DNA from: Candidatus Harpocratesius repetitus
GTDB taxonomy: Archaea > Asgardarchaeota > Lokiarchaeia > Sigyniarchaeales > Promethearchaeaceae
DNA length: 32,000 bases
Direction of reading: 5' to 3'
Assembly (NCBI GenBank): GCA_021498095.1
Contig: JAIZWK010000001.1
Coordinates: 3,030,001-3,062,000 of the forward strand
In this document: positions 26,721 to 32,000 of the stretch, in pieces
How the letters are laid out: every line of letters begins with the position of its first letter
Numbering within the stretch: the first letter of the stretch is position 1
The notes under the pieces: generated by a model
Databases searched by the model: none
The model's input: only the letters and a program-made list of their open reading frames with translations
What the model was told of the DNA's origin: nothing
Made by a program: the position numbers and the translations under genes

Positions 26721-27405
26721 TTACCTTTAATCATTAATTGAATATACTTCATTTCACAATTATTCGAAAAATTAAAAAAAAAAAAGTAATTCACCAAAAT
26801 ACTCTCCATTAAAGTAACTAAAAAGTGTTTTCTTTTACCGTTATGTATGTGGATTTATATCGAAAAAAAGAAAATTTTAATGAAAAAAAAGTAAAAAAAA
26901 CGAAGCAACACCTTAATATACAACAAGATTTAATTCATGCTTTTTTTCATTAGAATTTAAAAATTCATATATTTGTTCATTCAAATAACATAAAAATGCC
27001 CATGTAAATTTCAAATGTCGATGAGAAATTACTCCAATTATTTTTTTCTCTCGTCTTTATTCAGATAATAGATATCTTTTTCTTGAAATCTTAATCTTTT
27101 TGGTTCTTAATTCATTTTTTATTGTTGGTTGTTCAAAAAAATTTTGACATTCTTGGAAAAAAGATGTAAAATTTTTCTGATTATATGCTTCACTTATTTC
27201 ATTGGTTGTAATTGCTCGAATTATTATGATAATTGGATATATTTTAATTTTTAATAGATTTCGTGAACCAAAAGAGAAAAAATGAAAAAAAATAATATAA
27301 TGCAAAATAAATCCCTTAATAAATCACACAATTAATATTACCCGAAATCGGGTATTCATTTTTCATTTTTGGGTAAGGTTCAAATAGATTCTATTCCACC
27401 ATTAC

Positions 27406-28119
27406 TTGTCTATTAATAGTTCAGACAGGAAAGTTCATATGAGTCTACTCGAAAAAATTGATTTAGATAATAATTCATCGGATATGGCTTTAGAGCGTAA
27501 GGCAAAATCTGCAAATCGAAAAAACCTTACAATTGAAATTGCTGGTGCAGCTATATTTAGTGCATTGTCAATTGCTTTATCCTATACAGCAACATTCATT
27601 CCACGTATACCTGGTTGGTACATTGCATGGTTCGATCCTGTTTCTCTTATCTGGATTGCTGCTTTTTTAATATTTGGCTTCAGAGCAGGACTAATTACGA
27701 CAATTATTGGTACAATTGGATTAATTCCATTCGATCCAACTATTTGGATTGGACCTACGATGAAATTTCTCAGTACAATTTGGTTTATTATACTACCATA
27801 CTTTTGGTTTAAAGTCCATAATAAAACCTTAACCCATGAGCAGTTAAAAAAGCCAAAAAATTATTTTCCACCAATGATAATTGCTTGGTTGTTACGGACG
27901 TTTTTAATGGTCTTATTAAATTATCTTATTCTAAAATATATGTTTTCTGCATTAGATTTTATGAGCTTAAAGTGGCTGAATATGGAGCAAATTAATGGAA
28001 CAGTCGCTGTCATAGTTACTGTTGTTTTTATCAACACACTGCAAACGATATTTGATGTGCTAATTCCATATTTTGTTGTATACTTTACACCTATAGAAAA
28101 AAATCTTCATGCATTTTGA
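27406..28119 (+). CDS. ECF transporter substrate-binding (S) component
   Basis: IAGAAIFSALSIAL, FDPVSLIWIAAFLIFGFRAGLIT and about six TM helices. The start is more likely ATG 27439. The substrate cannot be assigned. Confidence 0.75.
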   Translation: MSINSSDRKVHMSLLEKIDLDNNSSDMALERKAKSANRKNLTIEIAGAAIFSALSIALSYTATFIPRIPGWYIAWFDPVSLIWIAAFLIFGFRAGLITTIIGTIGLIPFDPTIWIGPTMKFLSTIWFIILPYFWFKVHNKTLTHEQLKKPKNYFPPMIIAWLLRTFLMVLLNYLILKYMFSALDFMSLKWLNMEQINGTVAVIVTVVFINTLQTIFDVLIPYFVVYFTPIEKNLHAF

Positions 28120-28227
28120 TCAGATTTTTTTTGATTATAAAAGCGACTATTTTTTTATATTAGATTTTTTGAGGGAGGGGATAGAACGACAAATAAAGAG
28201 AGGGAATTCCCAATTAAAGATGCAGGA

Positions 28228-28440
28228 ATGAAGGATTTACTTGGAGCACTTATTCCATGTGGCAAATGTAATTATGCCCAATCAATTAGCATAACAGATA
28301 CAAATCATGTTAAAATTACATGTTTATGTGAGAATTTGAATATGAAATCTTTTGAAGTACCGTTAGATACAAAAATATCTTTTAAATGTCCATACAAATT
28401 CATTAGAAAGATGTTTCCAAATTTTATTCTAATTGAATAA
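28228..28440 (+). CDS. Small Cys-containing hypothetical protein
   Basis: 70 aa with CGKC, CLC and a further Cys; possibly metal-binding. Confidence 0.45.
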   Translation: MKDLLGALIPCGKCNYAQSISITDTNHVKITCLCENLNMKSFEVPLDTKISFKCPYKFIRKMFPNFILIE

Positions 28441-28799
28441 AGCAATTAAAAATAAAAAACATAATTGATGTTGGTTATACAAGCGATTCTGTGAAATTTA
28501 ATAAAGGAAATTAATCAGTTTTCAAAAATATTATGAAAAAGATTACCTAATTCTTTTTTCTTTGAATTTAAATCAAAAACTTATCAACAGCAAAAAAATT
28601 TTTGATAAAGTTTGATCAGTAAAAAATTGGCACTCACGGAATAACTTATGCTGTGTTTTAGATGATAATATTGAACATAAAACTTTAAAATCATTCCCTA
28701 TATCATATATTTCATTTTCTAACATTATCTACGATATAGGATTACATCTATTTAAATAAAAATAAAAAATTTTTTTTACCTATCATATTTTTATGAATA

Positions 28800-29771
28800 G
28801 TGAAAAAGAATCGAATAAATCAAAAAAAAATTGAAAATATGAAAAATATGAAAAACACTAAAAAGCAGCATTTAGCTATCAACCTTGATCACAAAAAATC
28901 GTTTAATCCTTTAGGTATACCTTTAATAAGAATTAATACTGGATATCCAACATCCCAAGCAATCAAAAAACATCCAGATTTAATCCCTTTTTTGAAATCT
29001 CATGACCCTCCACGTATTGATAACGAAAATAGGGAATTATTACTCTTGTATAATCGTTATATCACTCAAGATTTATTTCATTTGGATATTGAATTTTCTC
29101 GTAAAGCGATCATTCCAACTCCTGTAATGCGTTATAATTTCTTAAAACACGTAATTAATTATAAAAAGAAAAATGAACCTTCCACGATAGAGAAAAAGAA
29201 CTTAGAATACTCCCTATTGGAAATCGGAACTGGAGCAAGTGCAATTATTGCAATGCTAGCTGCTAAACACTTTGATTGCAATGTTTTTGCAACTGAAATC
29301 GATAATGAATACATAAAAATTGCAAGAAAAAACGTTCAGAAGAACAAATTGGACAAGAAAATAAAATTATTTCATTCAAAGGGCGGAATAATTGATTCAG
29401 TTATCCCAAAAGATATAAAATTCGATTATATTGTTTCAAATCCCCCGTATTATAACAAAATACTTTCTCCAAAGGTTATTTGGGGAGGTAAAAATCATGA
29501 ATTAGTAAGTAAAGGAAGTGCAGGAGAAGGTTTTATTCTCCAAATGATTCAAGAAGGATGGTCTCATCTAAATCCAGGAGGAATTATTGCATTTATTATT
29601 CCTAAAACACGCACAGAAACATTAATTGAAGTTGAAAATTATCTAAATAAGAAAAACTTTGATTATGAGATAATTGGTTTATTAGTTGGAAATCGAACTC
29701 GTTATGTTTTTCGTATTTTTAAAGAAGGGCATAAAATAGATTTTAATCCTTTATCTGAAATGCTTGATTAA
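28800..29771 (+). CDS. RlmF/METTL16-like SAM-dependent RNA adenine-N6 methyltransferase
   Basis: LEIGTGASAII motif I, ATEID, and the catalytic SNPPY motif. Confidence 0.8.
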   Translation: MKKNRINQKKIENMKNMKNTKKQHLAINLDHKKSFNPLGIPLIRINTGYPTSQAIKKHPDLIPFLKSHDPPRIDNENRELLLLYNRYITQDLFHLDIEFSRKAIIPTPVMRYNFLKHVINYKKKNEPSTIEKKNLEYSLLEIGTGASAIIAMLAAKHFDCNVFATEIDNEYIKIARKNVQKNKLDKKIKLFHSKGGIIDSVIPKDIKFDYIVSNPPYYNKILSPKVIWGGKNHELVSKGSAGEGFILQMIQEGWSHLNPGGIIAFIIPKTRTETLIEVENYLNKKNFDYEIIGLLVGNRTRYVFRIFKEGHKIDFNPLSEMLD

Positions 29772-29826
29772 GCCAAACATTTTTGTGAAGTGAAGATATT
29801 TACGTCAATAATTCATCAATTTATTT

Positions 29827-30570
29827 ATGAACATTACAATATTACATTTAATTATAGGCAACTTAGCAAATTTAATTCTAATCTTTAACAGCTTTCTTCT
29901 TTTTCAAAGATTTCGACTAGCTTTTATCTTAAGTGCTGGTTATGAATTCTTAAGAGCAACGCTTATAATGTATAAAAAAATAATAAAAAACCAAACACGC
30001 TTAATTTTTATTGGTGCTATTATTGCAATTCCTGGCACAATTGTCGCTTTAGTATTAGTTGAAATCATTTTTATTCCTTCACTGGTTTTGCTTGTAGCTG
30101 CAGTTGGTTCTTTTTTTGTTGCTCTTGCATATTCTAAAAATACAGAAGTATCTTTTATTGTTCCTTATGAATGTTATCGATTAATAATACTGGATAAAAA
30201 CGGTATTCCAGCATATTCTTACGACTTCATTGAAGGAACTGATCAACTTGAAGTTTTCATTAGTGGAGCTCTCTCAGCAATCAACACAGTAATGGAATCT
30301 GCAGTTGGCTTTAAATCAAAAATAAAGACAATTTATTTGGAAAAAAGTGTTTTAATTATGGATTTGCAGGAACGTTTTGGAGCAGTGTTATTTGCTAATC
30401 GTTCTTCTGTTCTTCTCCAAAACGCTTTGAAAACTTTCTTATCATTATTTTTAAAATATGTTGAAGAAAATGGTTTGATGACACAAAACGGAAAACAATT
30501 GACAGAACAAATTAAAAAAGAGTTAGATTCATCCTTTCTTAAGCTTTTTAATTTTGTTTTAAAGAAATAG
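29827..30570 (+). CDS. Membrane protein with C-terminal longin/roadblock-like soluble domain
   Basis: About four TM segments, then YRLIILDKNGIPAYSYDF ... FISGALSAI, a beta-beta-alpha pattern. The fold call is inference. Confidence 0.6.
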   Translation: MNITILHLIIGNLANLILIFNSFLLFQRFRLAFILSAGYEFLRATLIMYKKIIKNQTRLIFIGAIIAIPGTIVALVLVEIIFIPSLVLLVAAVGSFFVALAYSKNTEVSFIVPYECYRLIILDKNGIPAYSYDFIEGTDQLEVFISGALSAINTVMESAVGFKSKIKTIYLEKSVLIMDLQERFGAVLFANRSSVLLQNALKTFLSLFLKYVEENGLMTQNGKQLTEQIKKELDSSFLKLFNFVLKK

Positions 30571-30583
30571 CGGGATATAGATA

Positions 30584-31315
30584 TTAATCACAATCGATAC
30601 AAGCTTTTAAATTAGCACTTGGAAGAATAAAACTGACACTGTATATAACATTTCCAACAGCAATTAATCCGAAGAAAATTAAATCCAAAATTTGACCTGT
30701 TGAAATATTAGATGCCATTTGTGATAGAACATTTACAAAAATTGCAATAAAATCTATAATTAACCCACTTTCAAATATTATTAATTTTTTCTTTGAATTC
30801 CCGTGAGATTTTTTAATACCATGGACATAAGTTGTCCAAATAGATTGTGACAAATAATATAATAGAAGTATTACAACTATTGCTAAAACCCATAGATTAA
30901 TTTGCGTATCAACATTTTCTGACTCTATAATTGTAATAAAATCAACCACATTGACCAATATTCCAAATATAACTAATATTATTATATGGATACCCCAATG
31001 CCACCAAACTGCCAACCAATGTGAACTATTTATGATTGTTTGCATTGTTAGGAATAAAAAGATGCTTGCACCCACAATGGCAATAATAGCTTGAGGATAA
31101 CTAAAATATATTATTTTAGGATTACCAGTTTGGAAAAAAGAAATATCATAAAGCATAATTAAAAATGCATAAAGTGCAATAAAGATCATAGAACTTGCCA
31201 TCAATTGGTTTGCGCGATATTTAGGATCACGATGTATTGCCGTAATTGCAGCTATTACACCACTGATTATCGCAACACTCTCAAAAATATACCCTAAAAT
31301 TTGAATCAATGCCAT
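30584..31315 (-). CDS. Stand-alone ~7-TM membrane protein (HisKA_7TM-like)
   Basis: Seven hydrophobic segments. RDPKYRANQLMA after TM1 resembles 7TM sensor N-termini. No cytoplasmic kinase domain. Confidence 0.6.
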   Translation of the reverse strand: MALIQILGYIFESVAIISGVIAAITAIHRDPKYRANQLMASSMIFIALYAFLIMLYDISFFQTGNPKIIYFSYPQAIIAIVGASIFLFLTMQTIINSSHWLAVWWHWGIHIIILVIFGILVNVVDFITIIESENVDTQINLWVLAIVVILLLYYLSQSIWTTYVHGIKKSHGNSKKKLIIFESGLIIDFIAIFVNVLSQMASNISTGQILDLIFFGLIAVGNVIYSVSFILPSANLKACIDCD

Positions 31316-31521
31316 ATATCTTATTAACTATTATACAAATTTCATATCTTTGATTATATCTTAATTTTAAAATAACATCAATGCTAATAATTCTAAATAA
31401 TTTATACTTTTTTATTTCTAAAAATCAATTTGGTTGCCAAAATTATATATTGCTATGATTAATTGAAAGTTACTTAAAAATTAGGTAGGATACGAAAGTA
31501 TGTACGAAAAAAAAATCAGCA

Positions 31522-31977
31522 TTAGTTTGGACTGATATTATCTAAATCTGACAAATCCAAACCTAAATCCATATCATCGGGCATCTCACTTAAAAATTCA
31601 TCTAAGATACTCCGTAATTCCTCGCCCGAACGTTTCAAAACCAAACGAATTAAGCCCAAATTCACATCTACATCAGAAATCAGACACAAAACACCTCTCA
31701 TTCCTGTTGCACAAGCAAATATTTTTCCTTGATCAAATTCACTTGTAACTATTTGGAGGGCACCAAGTTCTAAATTTCGCCCTTGTTCTTCAGATGCACA
31801 GAAAACGGCTGATGCAATGGCACCAATTCCATCTGCATCAACAGGTATGTAAGAAAATTTGGAAACATGTGCAATAGTTAAACCAGTTCGATCAACTAGG
31901 ATAACCTTTTTGATTCCAGATTCGGATTTGATAATTTTACTAAGGATATCATTAAATGATTTTGTGGATAATGACAT
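31522..31977 (-). CDS. Roadblock/LC7 (MglB/LAMTOR-like) domain protein with acidic tail
   Basis: GIKKVILVDRTGLTIA, GIGAIASAVF, EFDQGKIF, NLGLIRL. Confidence 0.9.
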   Translation of the reverse strand: MSLSTKSFNDILSKIIKSESGIKKVILVDRTGLTIAHVSKFSYIPVDADGIGAIASAVFCASEEQGRNLELGALQIVTSEFDQGKIFACATGMRGVLCLISDVDVNLGLIRLVLKRSGEELRSILDEFLSEMPDDMDLGLDLSDLDNISPN

Positions 31978-32000
31978 AAGAGTTTACCATCGATAATGTA

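Noticed and set aside
26989-27285. Plus-strand hydrophobic frame broken by three TGA codons (recoding or pseudogene)
   Set aside because: It has no start codon or recognisable homolog. Other genes here use TGA as a stop, and T-rich DNA yields hydrophobic translations by chance.
26721-27405. Leader peptide or riboswitch between aor and the ECF S-component gene
   Set aside because: I found only very short ORFs and A/T runs, with no convincing helices by eye.
160-27812. Short track ORFs overlapping real genes (160, 631, 1677, 3914, 9166, 10073, 13759, 16857, 22160, 24165, 24752, 25661, 26185, 27615) and intergenic 11427, 17238, 27057
   Set aside because: They are antisense or off-frame to well-supported CDSs, or low-complexity AT-rich with no motif.
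1-32000. CRISPR arrays, tRNA/rRNA genes, transposases, inteins
   Set aside because: No regularly spaced repeats, GC-rich cloverleaf or rRNA segments, or DDE/intein motifs were seen.

Overview
AT-rich archaeal window, inferred to be Asgard (Lokiarchaeia/Promethearchaeota-like) from the roadblock/LC7 protein, longin-like and 7TM proteins, archaeal-type IleRS, Asd and NreA, and a tungsten AOR. It holds mostly core or metabolic genes: a receiver-fused PEP-synthase-like protein (5'-truncated), an iron-sulfur flavoprotein, two tandem ParB/Srx-fold proteins, a thioredoxin-CcdA fusion, nreA, an RHH regulator, ileS, a sulfide-dependent homocysteine module (asd-ask-COG1900-ferredoxin, convergent with a COG2122/UPF0280 gene), aor-radical SAM-moaD, an ECF S component and an RlmF/METTL16-like methylase. 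The main result is two short ORFs missed by the ORF track. One is a 27-aa peptide with 13 Met (22813..22896, -) upstream of the asd/homocysteine operon. The other is a 29-aa peptide with 9 Ile (12121..12210, +) upstream of ileS. Each is followed at once by mutually exclusive RNA helices that a ribosome at the leader stop codon would toggle. This is the layout of leader-peptide (ribosome-mediated) attenuation, which is textbook in bacteria but, to my knowledge, not described in Asgard archaea. Pairings were found by eye and no folding energies or database searches were run. No tRNA, rRNA, CRISPR array or transposase was seen.
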